Positions 1 through 12,394 of a DNA stretch of 64,000 bases are shown in pieces. Source of the DNA: Felis catus (lineage: Eukaryota); contig NC_058369.1 in NCBI RefSeq assembly GCF_018350175.1, positions 11,658,001 to 11,722,000 of the forward strand, given 5' to 3'. The notes under the pieces were generated by a model. The model worked only from the letters and a program-made list of their open reading frames with translations, was not told the DNA's origin and did no database searches. The stretch's first letter is position 1. Every line of letters starts with the position of its first letter. Position numbers and translations under genes: made by a program.

Positions 1-77
1 CTCATCCTTGGCCACTTCCCTAGCGGGGCCTAAGGGAGGGCTCAGGGTTCTGACCTGGCAAATCGCTCCCTCCATGA

Positions 78-236
<159 letters not shown>

Positions 237-609
237 TGAGGTGGGGGTGAGGTGGTGAGGGCAGGGGCCTGGGCCTGAGATCCCAGACGTGGCTGTGCGG
301 GCGGGAAAGGGCGTGTTGAGGATGGTTCTCCTTCTCTCCCCTCCTCCAGAGGTTGGGGGTAAAGGCCTGGACAGTGGGGGGTGGCTGGGTCCAAGGAGGG
401 CTCCGCAGTGTACTCAGGGCCCCTTCCCCCTGTCTGGGAGTTCAGGGCTGGGATCTGAGCCAAGCTCAGAGACCCCCATATGGGGGTCCCGGGCACAGTT
501 AGTCCCCTTTGATATCCCTGCGGGCGGGGCTGGCGGTCCCAGGCCAGGTTCGGGGCGCGAAGGGACCTGCTGGGGTCCCTGGCGAGTGAGTGCCCACTGC
601 CGCCCGCAG

Positions 610-787
610 GAACTGCATGGGGCAGAAGTTCGCCCTGACCGAGATAAAGGTGGTCCTGGCGCTCACGCTGCTGCGCTTTCGGGTCCTGCCCGACAAGGAG
701 GAGCCGCGCAGGAAACCGGAGCTCATCCTGCGCGCCGAGGGCGGGCTTTGGCTGCGGGTGGAGCCGCTGAGCGCGGGCCCCCAGTGA
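610..787 (+). CDS. CYP4F: CYP4F gene A, terminal coding exon ([59 protein letters not shown])
   Basis: cag acceptor at 607-609, heme-ligand Cys, CYP4F-typical C-terminus, TGA 785-787. Confidence 0.93.
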
Positions 788-1800
788 CCCGCCAGCTCCC
801 CCTGGCTTGGGATCCACCCCGACCCTACACACGCCCCCTGGCGGATTCCCAGGACTAGAACTGTGTGGTCTCCTCTGCCGGGGCGCCACTGACAGCCAGC
901 AGGGGGCGCTCGGGACCTGCGGGAACGCAGTGGGAGGGCGAGGGCGAGGGGTGGGGTGGAGGGGAGGCTGGTGTGTGAGCACAAGACCCTGGCAGCCTTT
1001 CCAGCTGACCACGGCTCCCCCACTCCCCCCGCCATGCTGATTGCGGGTTCTCCCACAGCCCAATAAGGGCTTTTATCCTGTAGGCAATAGGGTGCCATGG
1101 GAGGTGTTTGAGTAGGAGAGGGACCACCGTTAAACACTGACTGAGGGGCATGTTTGAAGCTCAGGGTCACAGTGGAGAACCCATAGTGGCACTACTCTCT
1201 GGCCACTCTGATCTCTGTTCCTATCTAAGATACCCAAACTTTTCTTACCCCAGAATTCTTCACTATGTTTCCATGGTCACTATGTTCACTGAAACAAACA
1301 TAGATGCTTTCTCCTGTGTGTCTGATCATTGCAATCATTGTATCCGTTATGTGGTCTGTTGTTTTTGCTAATTTTCACTGGTAGGGTTAGTGGTCTCGTG
1401 TGCCTGTTTATCTTTGCTTGAGTATCCGTTATCATATTTGAAATAACATGTGTAGAATTTGGAGAAGGTAGCTTTCTCTAGGAGGCATTCTTCAAGCCTT
1501 GCTGGTCAAGGATGATGTTCAATGGAGTTCAAGGCTTGTGGTGCCAAGATCACTAAGGCAGTTTAAATTCCAGCAGAGGTCACACTTGCAGTCCCCTCTG
1601 CCGGTGTCTTCTCCCCCTGAGCAGTGTAGCTCCTGGAGGCTTCCACCTATGTAAGGAGGACCTTCTTACAACTTTTCTTTCCCATGTCACTCTAGGCTTT
1701 GATTTTTCTCCCCTGGCCGTGAGGCCGTCAAAAGAGTTTCACATTTCCCTGACTGGCTCCAGCGCAAAAGCATAATTCATGCTCCTTAACTCCAGGTTTC

Positions 1801-2029
1801 TTTTTGCTTTTCTTTTTTTAAATATTTATTTATTTTTGACAGAGAGAGAGAGAGAGAGAGAGCATGAGCGGGGGAGGGTCAGACAGAGGGGGAGACACAG
1901 AATCTGAAACAGGCTCCAGGCTCTGAGCTGTCAGCACAGAGCCTGATGCGGGGCTCGAACTCACAGATCGTGAGATCATGACCTGAGCCAAAGTCAGATG
2001 CTCAACTGACTGAGCCACCCAGGAGCCCC
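1801..2029 (-). mobile_element. CAN-SINE (SINEC_Fc-like); paralogues at ~29150-29375 and ~55150-55377
   Basis: Reverse complement of GGGGC-CCTGGGTGGCTCAGTC head, (CT)n, A-rich tail. Confidence 0.9.
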
Positions 2030-2063
2030 CAGGCTTCTTTTTTCATTTGAGGGGCATCTTTGT

Positions 2064-2277
2064 TACAAATTTTTCCCACATTTATTCATTGTTGAGAGAC
2101 AGAGAGAGACAGAGCACAAGCGGGGGACGGGCAGAGAAAGAGGGAGACAGAATCGGAAGCAGGCTCCAGGCTCTGAGCTGTCAGCAGAGCCCGATGCAGG
2201 GCTTGAACTCACAAGCTGTGAGATCATGACCTGAGCCGAAGTCAGACGCCCAACTGACTGAGCCACCCAGGTGCCCC
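2064..2277 (-). mobile_element. CAN-SINE with TSD ttgag(gg/tg)..catctttgt; paralogues at ~29410-29620 and ~55410-55622
   Basis: SINE body plus flanking direct repeats. Confidence 0.9.
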
Positions 2278-2345
2278 TTGAGTGACATCTTTGTAATTCT
2301 TTACTGTCTTTTCAGGTCATTTATGCATTTAAGAAATTGGAAAAG

Positions 2346-2577
2346 GGGGCACCTGGGTGGCTCAGTTGGTTAGGCGTCCGACTCTTGGTTTTGGCTCAGG
2401 TCGTGGTCTCACAGTTTTGTGGGTTTGAGGGCTGCATGGGGCTCTGTGCTGGCAGCGTGGAGCCTGCTCGGGATTCCCTCTCTCCCTTCCTCTCTCTCTG
2501 TCTCTCTCTCTCTACCCGTCCCCCACCTGCACTGTCTCTGTCTCTCTCAGGTGAATCAGTAAACTTAAAAAAAAAAG
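2346..2577 (+). mobile_element. CAN-SINE; paralogues at ~29690-29910 and ~55692-55912
   Basis: ggggcacctgggtggctcagttggttagg head, (CT)n, poly(A). Confidence 0.9.
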
Positions 2578-2686
2578 TAATTGGAAAAGTATCCAGCTAT
2601 GAGAGTTGTGTTTTTTTTAATTGAAAGGTTAATCCCAATAACCTAGCTTGCCATTAATGGAACACGAACTCTCAGTTGGAATTTTA

Positions 2687-2698
2687 TCCATTTCATTT

Positions 2699-2767
<69 letters not shown>

Positions 2768-2932
2768 AGTGCAAGTGTGGGAGGGGCAGAGGACCAGGGA
2801 AAGAGAGAATCTTAAGCAGGCTTCACATCCAGCTCAGGGCTCAACATGGGGCTCAGTCTCACGACTGTGAGATCATGACTTGAGTCAAAATCAAGGGTAG
2901 GACCTTTAACCAATTGAGCCATCCAGGCACCC
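2687..2932 (-). mobile_element. CAN-SINE with (GT)n(GA)n and 16-bp TSD ctcagttggaatttta
   Basis: TSD at 2671-2686 and 2933-2948. Confidence 0.88.
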
Positions 2933-3874
2933 CTCAGTTGGAATTTTAAATGGTGATGATCCAGTTATCACTCTACTGTTGAACGTATTCAGGGCGATGA
3001 TTGCCTTTAAGTGTATAGATTTCTGGACCACAAAAGCTCGCATCAGGGTTTAAGGGAGGGGACAGCACATCCCCCAGAGATCCTGGAATTTGGGCTACAT
3101 GGAGGTAGCAGGTGGTCTTTGAGACTGGCTCCCCCGGGGATGTTCCTGGTTAGAGAGAGGGGTACACATTGGATGTTTTGTCAACAGGATGGAATGTGCT
3201 GGAGACTGCTAACTGCGTATCCTCATGTTCATTTTTGCCTTCCTATAACCCTTAGTTTTTAGTTTAGGTGCATGGCAGGCTGAAATACAGATTGCATTTG
3301 AAAGCTTTTCTTGAAACTAGATTGGCTAAATGACTATACCCTGTCCCATAGGAAAAGTCAAAGAGTACCTGGTAATTCTAGAAGCTCTCCTTATGGAGAG
3401 GTAGACACTCTCTCTGTCCAGTTTCCCCTTTCTTCTTTGCTGTGTCTTGGGGTGATGTGGGGACCTGCAGCTTCATCCTGGATCAAGGAGGTAAGACTAC
3501 TCTTCAAGGAAGGTGGGGCAGATAACTAGATGCAATTAAGTTCAGATGACCCTGGATCCACGGCACCTTGGAGTTTTACTGCCAGGTCACAATCACAGTT
3601 TACTAATCATTAGCTGTTTGGGTGGGGGGAAATTGTTGGTCTCTCTGAGGCTGAGTTCTGTTACCATACAGTTATAGCCATCTTGTTTCACTGATGGAGA
3701 GACTGAATAAGCAAACATGTGCAACATCACTCAATCAGTAGGTGGTAAGTACTCTCTTCTTTTTGCATCGTATTCTAAATTTTAAAAGGCTGCAGTCGCA
3801 AAAGTTAAATTTAAGTATTGGGAAATGTGACAATCTTCTGTGAAGAAAATTATCATCAGAAGATCTAGTTAGTT

Positions 3875-4114
3875 GGGAACGCAAGCTGGTGCAGCCACGC
3901 TGGAAAACAGTATGGAGGTTCCTCAAAAAAACAAAAATAGAACTACCGTACAACCCAGCAATTGCACTACCGGGTATTTATCTAAGGGATGCAGGTGTGC
4001 TATGTCAAAGGGGCACATGCACCCCAATGTTTATAGCAGCGCTTTCGACAATGGCCAAAGTATGGAAAGAGCCCACATGTCCATTGATGGATGAATGGAT
4101 AGAGAAGAGAAGGT

Positions 4115-4160
<46 letters not shown>

Positions 4161-4559
4161 ATGGAATGTCACTCAGCAATGAAAAAGAATGAAATATTGC
4201 CATTTGCAACTACATGGATGGAACTATTATGCTAAGTGAAATTAATCAGTCGGAGAAAGACAAATATCATATGACTTCACTCATATGAGGACTTTAAGAG
4301 ACAAAACAGGTGAACATAAGGGAGGGGAAACAAAAATAATATAAAAACAGGGAGGGGGACAAAACAGAAGAGACTCTTAAATAGGGAGCACAAATTGAGG
4401 GTTACTGGAGGGGTTGTGGGAGGGGGGATGGGCTAAATGGGTAAGGGGCACTAAGGAATCTACTCCTGAAATCATTGTTGCACCATATGCGAACTAATTT
4501 GGACGTAAATTATAAAAGATTAAAATAAAGAATGTTTAAATCAAAAGAAAAAGAAAAAA
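3875..4559 (+). mobile_element. 5'-truncated L1 (ORF2 C-terminus plus 3'UTR and poly(A)) with 17-bp TSD
   Basis: [37 protein letters not shown] agaagat(c)(t/c)agttagtt at 3858-3874 and 4560-4576. Confidence 0.93.
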
Positions 4560-5031
4560 AGAAGATCCAGTTAGTTCTGAATATCCATAGTTTACCTCTG
4601 AGTAACTTCAAGGGCCTTTGATGCCAAGCTGGCCTTGAAGCTAGGAACTAAAAAAAAAAAAAAAATCCGTCTAAAGAGGCATGATCTGGACTTCATTTTT
4701 TGCGTGTTTCAAGAGGTGGAGGTCACGAGGGTCCCAATGGAGAAAATAAGGTGAGGGGTGGGGGGTGGGAGTGGAGGGGCCTCCTTCAGCACCTGGGACA
4801 GCGGCCGCTCCAGGACTCCCTCCTCTCAAGCTGTAGGAGTACTTGCCCTGGGCTACTGAGTCCAGGGCCTCAAAACCTTTCTGGGCCCACAGATGGGGGG
4901 CCCAGGAGGCCTAGTGACTGCAAAATAAGAAGGGAACATTGCAACCTTAAATGAATAAATATTTAGTATATTCTAAGCTGAAAATAACATGTTTTTCTTG
5001 CCGAGTTCTTAACTAAAATTACTTTTCCCGT

Positions 5032-5222
5032 TGGGGTGCCTGAGTGGCTCAGTGGGTTAAGCGTCCAACTCTTGGTTTCTGCTTAGGTCATGATCTCAAG
5101 GTTCGTGGGTTCGAGCCCCATGTTGGGCTCTGCAGTGACAGCGCGGAGCCTTTTTGGGATTCTCTCTCCTTCTTCCTCTGCTCGCCCCCCCACCCCCACA
5201 CACCCAATAAATAAATAAACCA
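5032..5222 (+). mobile_element. CAN-SINE; paralogues at ~31058-31243 and ~57060-57245
   Basis: ggggtgcctgagtggctcagtgggttaagc head, (AATA)n tail. Confidence 0.85.
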
Positions 5223-5261
5223 AAATTTTTTTTTTCATATTCCCAAAATGATACATCTGGG

Positions 5262-5655
5262 TTTTTTTTTGAAAGAAAGCGCCAGTGGAGTGAGAGGCAG
5301 AGGGATGGGGAGAGCGAACCCACGTAGCTTGATCTCACTACCCTGGGACCATGACCTGAGGTGAAATCAAGAGTCAGATGCTCCTGGGGCGACTGGGTGG
5401 TTCAGTCGGTTAAGCATCTGACTTCAGCTCAGGCCACCTTCTCACAGTTCATGAGTTTAAGCCCCACATTGGGCTCTGTGTTAATAGCACAGTGCCCGCA
5501 CTTCAGATCCTTTGTCCTCCCCACCCCCCCACCCCGCCCTTCCCCTGCTTGCACTCTCTCTCTGTCTCTCTCAAAATAAATAAGTAAACTTAAAATAATT
5601 AGTCCTAAAAAAAAGAGAGTCAAAGGCTCAATTGACTGAGCCACCCAGGTGCCCC
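5262..5655. mobile_element. Antisense CAN-SINE interrupted by a sense CAN-SINE (~5386-5614); paralogues at ~31285-31668 and ~57287-57670
   Basis: Outer SINE halves join across an imperfect TSD gagtca(gat/aag)gctc. Confidence 0.8.
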
Positions 5656-5959
5656 AAAATAATACATCTTCCTAGAAGAAAACACCAAGAAGAAACAGTA
5701 AGAAATAAAAATCACTTTTATATCCATAATTCCAACAAGTCAAAATAATCCCTTCATATTTTCTCACGTATACTTCCAGCTTGTAATTGTATATAATGTT
5801 ATGCAAATAAAAAGTATATTTACATCTAAAACGTGCATTTACATTTACACATCATCTTCTGTGTAAAAATGCTCTTTTATTGTCTAATAAGTGCATGACA
5901 AGATGGACAACATCATTAGACCTTAGGGAAATGCAAACCAATGCAAAGCTTCCATTAAA

Positions 5960-6255
5960 ATTGTCCTTGTCAAGAAATTTTTGGCTATTCTAAGTCTTTT
6001 GCAATTTCATGTAAATTTTATAATCAGCTTATCTATTTCTACAAAAAGTCCTGCTGGGATTAGGGTTGTGATTTCTTCAAATCTATAAATCAATTTGCAG
6101 AGACTTACTATCTTAGCAAGGTGGAGTCTTTCAATCCATGAATATTGCTTCTCTCTCCATGAATTTGGGCCTTCTTGGGTTTCTTCCACAAGTATTTTCA
6201 AATTTTCTTCATAGAAATCTGGAACACATTTTGTTAGATTTATACCTCAGTTTTT
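5960..6255 (-). mobile_element. Old L1 ORF2 fragment; paralogues at ~31970-32265 and ~57975-58270
   Basis: Minus-strand peptide SWIERLHLAKIVSLCKLIYRFEEITTLIPAGLFVEIDKLIIKF resembles L1 ORF2. Confidence 0.75.
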
Positions 6256-6326
6256 CACTTTTTCTGGTGCATAATACTTTAAAATGGGTATATGAAAATA
6301 TTGTTCCGATTGTTTATTGCTTCTAT

Positions 6327-6758
6327 CCAGCAGACTTGGCATTCTTTTTCTGCAAAGGACCATATGGGAAACATTTTAGGCTTTGCACATCCCATTCAGG
6401 ATCTCCTCTTCCTCTTGCCCCTCTTCTCCGTTTACAATGGTCTTATTTTTGAGAGAGGGAGAGACAGAGACAGAGACAGAGGCAGAGTGTGATTGGGGGA
6501 GGGGCAGAGAGGGAGAGGGAGACACGCAATCTGAAGCAGGTTCCAGGCTCTGAGCTGTCAGCACAGAGCCTGATGCAGGGCTTGAACTCACAGACCGTGA
6601 GATCATGACCTGAGCAAAGTCGGACGTTGAACCGACTGAGCCACCCAGGTGCCCCCTACAGTCCTCTTAAAATATAAAAACACCTCTTAGCTTATAGACC
6701 ATACGAAAACAGGCCACAGGCCAGATTGGTCCATGGACCATAGTTTTCTAATCCCTGG
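6327..6758. mobile_element. MER58-like hAT DNA transposon relic, interrupted by an antisense CAN-SINE (~6445-6656); repeated at about +26012 and +52014
   Basis: ttttctgcaaaggacca...attttaggctttg 5' part and ggccagattggtccatggaccatagttt...ccctg 3' part. Confidence 0.6.
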
Positions 6759-7261
6759 AATATAGAAGTAGAATTTCTATGTTTTATATTCTAGGTAGAA
6801 TATCTTCTGTATACTTTTTTGTCTATTGATCTTGTATCCTCAACTCTATTAGGTAATTCCCATTGGAACACAGAAAATGTGGTTGTTTCCTCAGTCTTAA
6901 AAAGTCCCTTCCCTTGACCCACTTTCCCACTGATGAACCATTTCTTCCCTCCACCATGAGCTAACTCCTCCAAAGAGTGAGCTCTACTTGTGTTCAATGT
7001 CTCCTCTTGCACTACAAACAGGCTTTGAGTTTCTGCTAAGGACTGAGATGGTGAATTAATGAGAGAGGGAGGAGGAGAGGCATGAAGCCCATCGATCCCA
7101 GGACTCTGCTGCACCTGTGTATATTGATTCTAAAGGACAGGAGCCTGCTGTCACTCACTGCTGTGGGTGTCTTTCCTTTCTTGGGTGTGTGGGCGACGCC
7201 CTCTGCTGGAATTTTTGGGGACAACAGGCTCTGGCCTGGCCTCTGGTCTCCATTAATTCAA

Positions 7262-7512
7262 CATGTGTGTGAGTGTGTCTGTGTCTAAGTGTATGTGTGA
7301 CTGTGTGTGCGTTCGTGCTACTGTGTGTATGCATGTGCGAGGGTGTGTGTATGTGAGTGTATCCACGTAATTGGGTGCATGGATGGGAACATGTGTGTAA
7401 ATCTGTGTGCATGTGTGTTTGTGTGTGCACAATGAGTGTGCGTGTGTAAGCGTGCCACTGTGTGCATGCGTGGATGCATTGGTGTGTGTGTGTAAAGGTG
7501 TGACTGTGTGTA
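7262..7512. repeat. Degenerate (TG)n low-complexity tract; also ~33274-33524 and ~59276-59526
   Basis: Direct inspection. Confidence 0.85.
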
Positions 7513-9509
7513 TCTTGAAGTCGCTAAACCCTGTAATGGGCAGGGACCTTAAGTGGTTAAATAAGGGTGACTGGAAGACGGAGCCCTTTACAAAGCTATG
7601 GGCAGGGCCAAGGGAAACCGTGGAGGCTAGTGCAGCGCCCTGGGGCTAGCATCAGCTGAGAGCCGCCACCACTGCCAGGTTGATGGGCCCAAAGAGTAGC
7701 TATTTCTGGATTCCAGAGAGCTTAACTGTCACAGAGAGTGGAGGTAGCCTTCGGCAGAGAATGGACGCCATTTCTCTAATCTCCTCGGATTGCCTGCAGG
7801 TGCCCACCACTGACCCAACGCCATATTCTCATTTGACCCCAAGAGGCTGTAGGGAGGTGGCCAAAGACTCCTGTGGTAGCCCAGTGTCTTGAGCTGGGTT
7901 GGTGTCCACTCCACATGTCTCCGCAGAGGGGGGTTCAACAGTTCCTCTGCACCAGGGTGGCTCCCTTGTCTGCTGGCTAAGCAGACATCAGAATGGGAGG
8001 GGGGCAAAGTCCTGCCTGTTCCCTTGCACGGCCTTCTGGTTTTGTTTTTGTTTTTCTGTGATGTCCTTGGGGCCCCCCTCCTTGGCTTTTGCATGAGAAA
8101 TAGCCTTTTACCCTCCAGGGATGATCTCTGTTGATGGCGACCCCCACTGATGGAGTGGTGGGGGTGGTCTGACTACTTTCCAGAGCTGGCACCACCCCAA
8201 AAGTCCTGTGCAGGGGAAGTTGATGCAGCTATTTGGGGCCCCAGGACTTTCCTGAAGTTTCCCTTCAGCCTTCTTTTTCCAAAGCCAGCTTCTTTGCTCT
8301 CCTGGTCCTTCTGCCAAGAAGCTGGAAACTCCAGCTTATGGGTCTGGCCCTTGACATGCTTTGGGGGCTGGTTGGGTTTCCTGATCTTTATTATGGCGAC
8401 TGAAATGGAACAACCGTTTCCAGCTTGAGTGTTGGGCCACATTTCACCACCGTGGATCTCCCTACAGGGCTGGTTCCTGCTTCCCTCCCGGATGGATACT
8501 GAGGGAAATTGCCTCTATTGTCTTTGTTTACCTCAGCATGTCTGAGGAAGGAAGGAGGAATGACAGAGTTTTCAAGCCATTTGATTACCTCACTGTGTGC
8601 CGGGTGTTTACAGTCCTGCTGTGGCTTTAGGGGCAAAGAGCGATCGTTATTCACTGTTCGCTCTTCCATGTCACTCAAGTTTCTGCTCAGAGGTCAACTC
8701 CACAGGGCAGCCCTCCCCGATGGCCTCCTTGCTCACTTGCTGGTTCTCATTCTGTTAATTTCCTTCATTACCACCCCACCATCTGACTTGGTCTTGTTTC
8801 CCATCAGCTTCTCCCATCAGACATGAGCACCACCATCCGGAGACCTTATCTGTTTTGTTCATCCTGGGTCTCGGGTTCAAGCACCATGTCTGGCATAGAG
8901 TCTCTGGTACAGTTTTGTTGTTGTTGTTGTTGTTGAAGAACAAACTACCTGGGAGGTGTAAGTCCCCCTTTCCATCTTACTGAGGAGGGCATGAGGCACG
9001 GAGAGGACAAGTGATTTGTCCACGGTCACACAGCCAGCGAGGAGCAGGGCTGGGATCCGAGCTCTGTTGGGCTGAATCCGGAACCTGTTCCTTCCCAAAG
9101 GCCGAGGAAAGGAAAAGAGAGACTCCAGCCACCAGGCAGCCTCCCTGCTTGGTGTAGAGGGACCCCAGGCTGACTCCTGGGAGAGGTGTCTTCATGGTGT
9201 CACAAAAGACGAACTGCTCACCTGTTCAGTGCACCAACCATGGGCCCCTTCCCCCACTGTGACAATCCTTGTTTCCTCTGAAATTTGTGTTTGTGTGATA
9301 AAAATTATAGCAGCACAGTGTGGGAGAGAGAAAGCGTGAGACAAGTAGCACGTGAGAAGAATCAAGACTCCACTTGTACTCTCTCCACTTCCACTGTGAT
9401 GTGTGGATTCTTCTGGAATATTCTCAGTGCATATGCAAACGTGCACACACACAGATCCACACACATATTCAGAAGCTTTAGCCGTCGACGAGCTCATTAC
9501 TCATATGCC

Positions 9510-9965
9510 AATTTTTTCATTGAGGTATGATCGGCATATAACATTATATTAGTTTCAGGTGCACAGCATGATCCCACATGTGTATATATTGCAAAACGAT
9601 CACCGCGAAAAGTCTAGTGAACACCCGTCTCCACACGTAGCTATAGACTGTTCTTTGTCTCGTGATGAGAGCTTTTAAGATCTACTCTCTTTGCAACTTT
9701 GAAATATACAATACAGTGCTATTAACTATGGTCACCAAGCTTTGCATTGCATCCCTAGGACTGATTTATTTTATAACGAGAAATTTGTACCTTTTGACCT
9801 CCTTCACCCATTGCACCCATTGCCTACACCCTTCTGGCCACCAGCAGTGTGTTCTCCATTTCTATGAGTTCATTTTTTTAAAGAATACATATAAGTGAGA
9901 TCATATGGTACTGTTTTTTTCTGTTTGGTTTATTTCACTTAGCATAATGCCCTCAAGGTCCATCC
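9510..9965 (-). mobile_element. L1 3'-end fragment (L1M/L1_Carn-like); also ~35520-35975 and ~61520-61975
   Basis: acattatattagtttcaggtg...tttatttcacttagcataatgccctcaaggtccatcc is typical antisense L1 3' sequence. Confidence 0.75.
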
Positions 9966-10476
9966 GTCCTCCCATGTAGTCACAAAGGGAAACATTTCCT
10001 TCACATGTCACTTTGAAAGGTCCTTTCCCCTTCTCTCCCTGATGGGGTCTGATAGAATGCTTGCATTGCCCTGTGAGGTTGTACCAAGCTCACTTTACGG
10101 ACATGAAGATGGAGGCTCAGAGGGGTGATAGGCTGTGCCCAAAGCTTGTGACTCACAGAATGACTGCCACCTCTCGTCTGACACACACTTGTCCACTTCC
10201 AGGCTCTGTGTGTGGATGGGGGTTGACGTCTGGAGGGGAGGTCAACCTCTGCCTTTCTGTGTGTGGCTGGGGGCCATTGCATAAGCCAGGATTGTGTCAT
10301 TGGCAGCTGAGACATTCCTTGTTGGATGAGAAACCACTGGGGATGCTCTGATCCTTCTCTGGCTCAGAGCAGAATGTCCACACCTGAGGCTTCCTGCCTC
10401 AAGAGTCAGGGGGAGCCCCGGTCCAACAGACTCTGCCTTCTTGATCACTGGAGGTTGTGGGTTGGGGTATGGGGGT

Positions 10477-10494
10477 TGACCTCTGGGGGGGTCA
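10477..10494. promoter_or_regulatory. ER6 nuclear-receptor element TGACCT-ctgggg-GGGTCA (also 36486-36503 and 62488-62505)
   Basis: Two consensus RGGTCA half-sites everted with a 6-nt spacer; unchanged in all three upstream copies. Confidence 0.45.
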
Positions 10495-11106
10495 ACCTCT
10501 GCCTTTCTGTGTGTGGCTGGCGGCCATTTCCCAGAGGCCCTGTGTGGTTTTAGTCCTTGGTATGGCTCATCAAAGTTCAACACCTACTTACAGCTTCCGT
10601 ATGGGGCCGGATTTTGCCAGCTGCCTTGGCCTTGGTGAGTTGTGTGATCTTGCATGTGTGTGCTCTTAGCCCCCGTGTCAAAAGAACAACAAGCCACCTG
10701 CCTTTTTGGGCAGCATGGGTTTCCCGCCCCACGCTTGCCCCTGGTGACTCTCCCTCTTCCTCCAGGTCTCTGCTCGCCCTGATGCCGGGCTGAAGGTGGG
10801 ACCCTCCCCCCGGCACATCCCTTATCACGGTCCGTTATGTTCTTGATCATTTACTGGATCACCGCCCATCTCCCCACTAGATGCGAGGCCCTTGACCGTG
10901 GAGTCTGTATTCACTGCTGCATTCTCGGTGCCTAAAATTGTGTGCCCCCCACACAACAGATGGTCAGTAGACACGTGGTTGTGTGAACAAGCCCTGGAGA
11001 TTTAGATTTCTTGTCTCCTTACGTTCTGACTGAAACAAAACAAGATAAAACTGGGAATCCGAGAAGTGAAGCCTTTCCCCTCCCCACTTTCTCTGCAGAA
11101 CCTGGA

Positions 11107-11290
11107 CTCAGAGGTCTTAAAGCAACATTTCTTAAAGCTTGAAGGCATGTACACTTTTCCTGAGGATTTACTTAGACGCAGTTTGGAGTCAATATTTCTG
11201 GGCCGGGGTGCGAGATTCTGAATGTCCCTCAAGCTCTCAGGTGATGCCTAGGGTGGAGGTCTGAGGACCACACTGAGTAACCGAATCTTA
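11107..11290. mobile_element. MER5-like DNA transposon relic; also about +26009 and +52010
   Basis: ...aagctctcaggtgatgcc...tctgaggaccacactgagtaac end. Confidence 0.55.
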
Positions 11291-12394
11291 GAACTCATGG
11301 CTGCAAACCTTTCTTTCATCCCCAGATATTTAATGAGCACGTACTATGTTCTAGGCTCTGCTGCCGTCTGTGCTGTCATATTCACCTCATTAGCTGTGGG
11401 GCTGCAGCAAGTTGCCTCACCTATCTCAATCTCCGGTTCCTCCTCTGTCAAAACGGGCTCGTGAATTGTGGGGCTGTTGGATAATTGCACCACCACAACA
11501 GCAGCGAGAACAGTGACTGGCATGTATTAAGCCCGCCCTTCTTGTGTCCTATGTGTTTTACGTGCGTCGGCTTTTAAAATTATTCCTGCTATCTTAGGAG
11601 GTGGCGCTAGCGAAATGCCCTCTGCAGAGGGGAAGGAGCATGGCTGAGAGGGTCAGGGCGCCTAGTGGGAAGTGGGTGCTGCCCCGGTGCCCAGGGTGGC
11701 TCCACCGGCTGTGTGACTTGGGACAGCTGTACAATAGGGAGAAAAACGTTGTTGATATACCTACAGGTCTTAAAACGGGATTGTGGCTCATGTGGACAAA
11801 TGCCACTCCTGCTGTAGCTGCCTGCCCATTCCTGGCACACAGTAGGTGCACAGTGAGCTGAGCCACACTAGGCACTGGGTGCTCTTTCTCTTGTATGTCC
11901 AGGATTCTTCTTGGATCATTGTACTCTGACCTTGCCTCTTGGCCCTGATATGGGTGGGCCTGCCAGCAGGGGAGGGCTGCCTCCACGGAGGGGGAGGAAA
12001 TCAGGGGGTGGGGTGGGAAGAGGGTGCAACCCACCCATGGAGGGCTTCAGGACCAGCCACCAGGACCCCCTGGCTGGAGGGAGAGGGAGGTTTGGGGTCT
12101 TCCCAGCACTCTGCCCGTGTCAGGACGACTCTTTGCCCGTGCCCTGCTCAGTAGCTTTGCCAAGCTTGGCCCGGGCTTGGGAGTGTGGCAGACCTGAGAT
12201 CCTCCCAGCTCTGCAACTTGGGAGAGAGGCTTGCTTTCTCTGAGCCTCTTTTGTTTGCTCTTCTGTTAAATAGGCATCTTCCCTCCTATGGATGTCATCG
12301 CCTGGATCTCTCTCTCTCTGATTCCAGGGCACTGGCCCAGAAAGTTGGCAGGTGCGGGGGAGAGGGGGCGGAGATGTTTCATTATCTCATTGGC

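Noticed and set aside
2346..2430. tRNA-like A/B box sequences
   Set aside because: These are the tRNA-derived heads of CAN-SINEs, not tRNA genes
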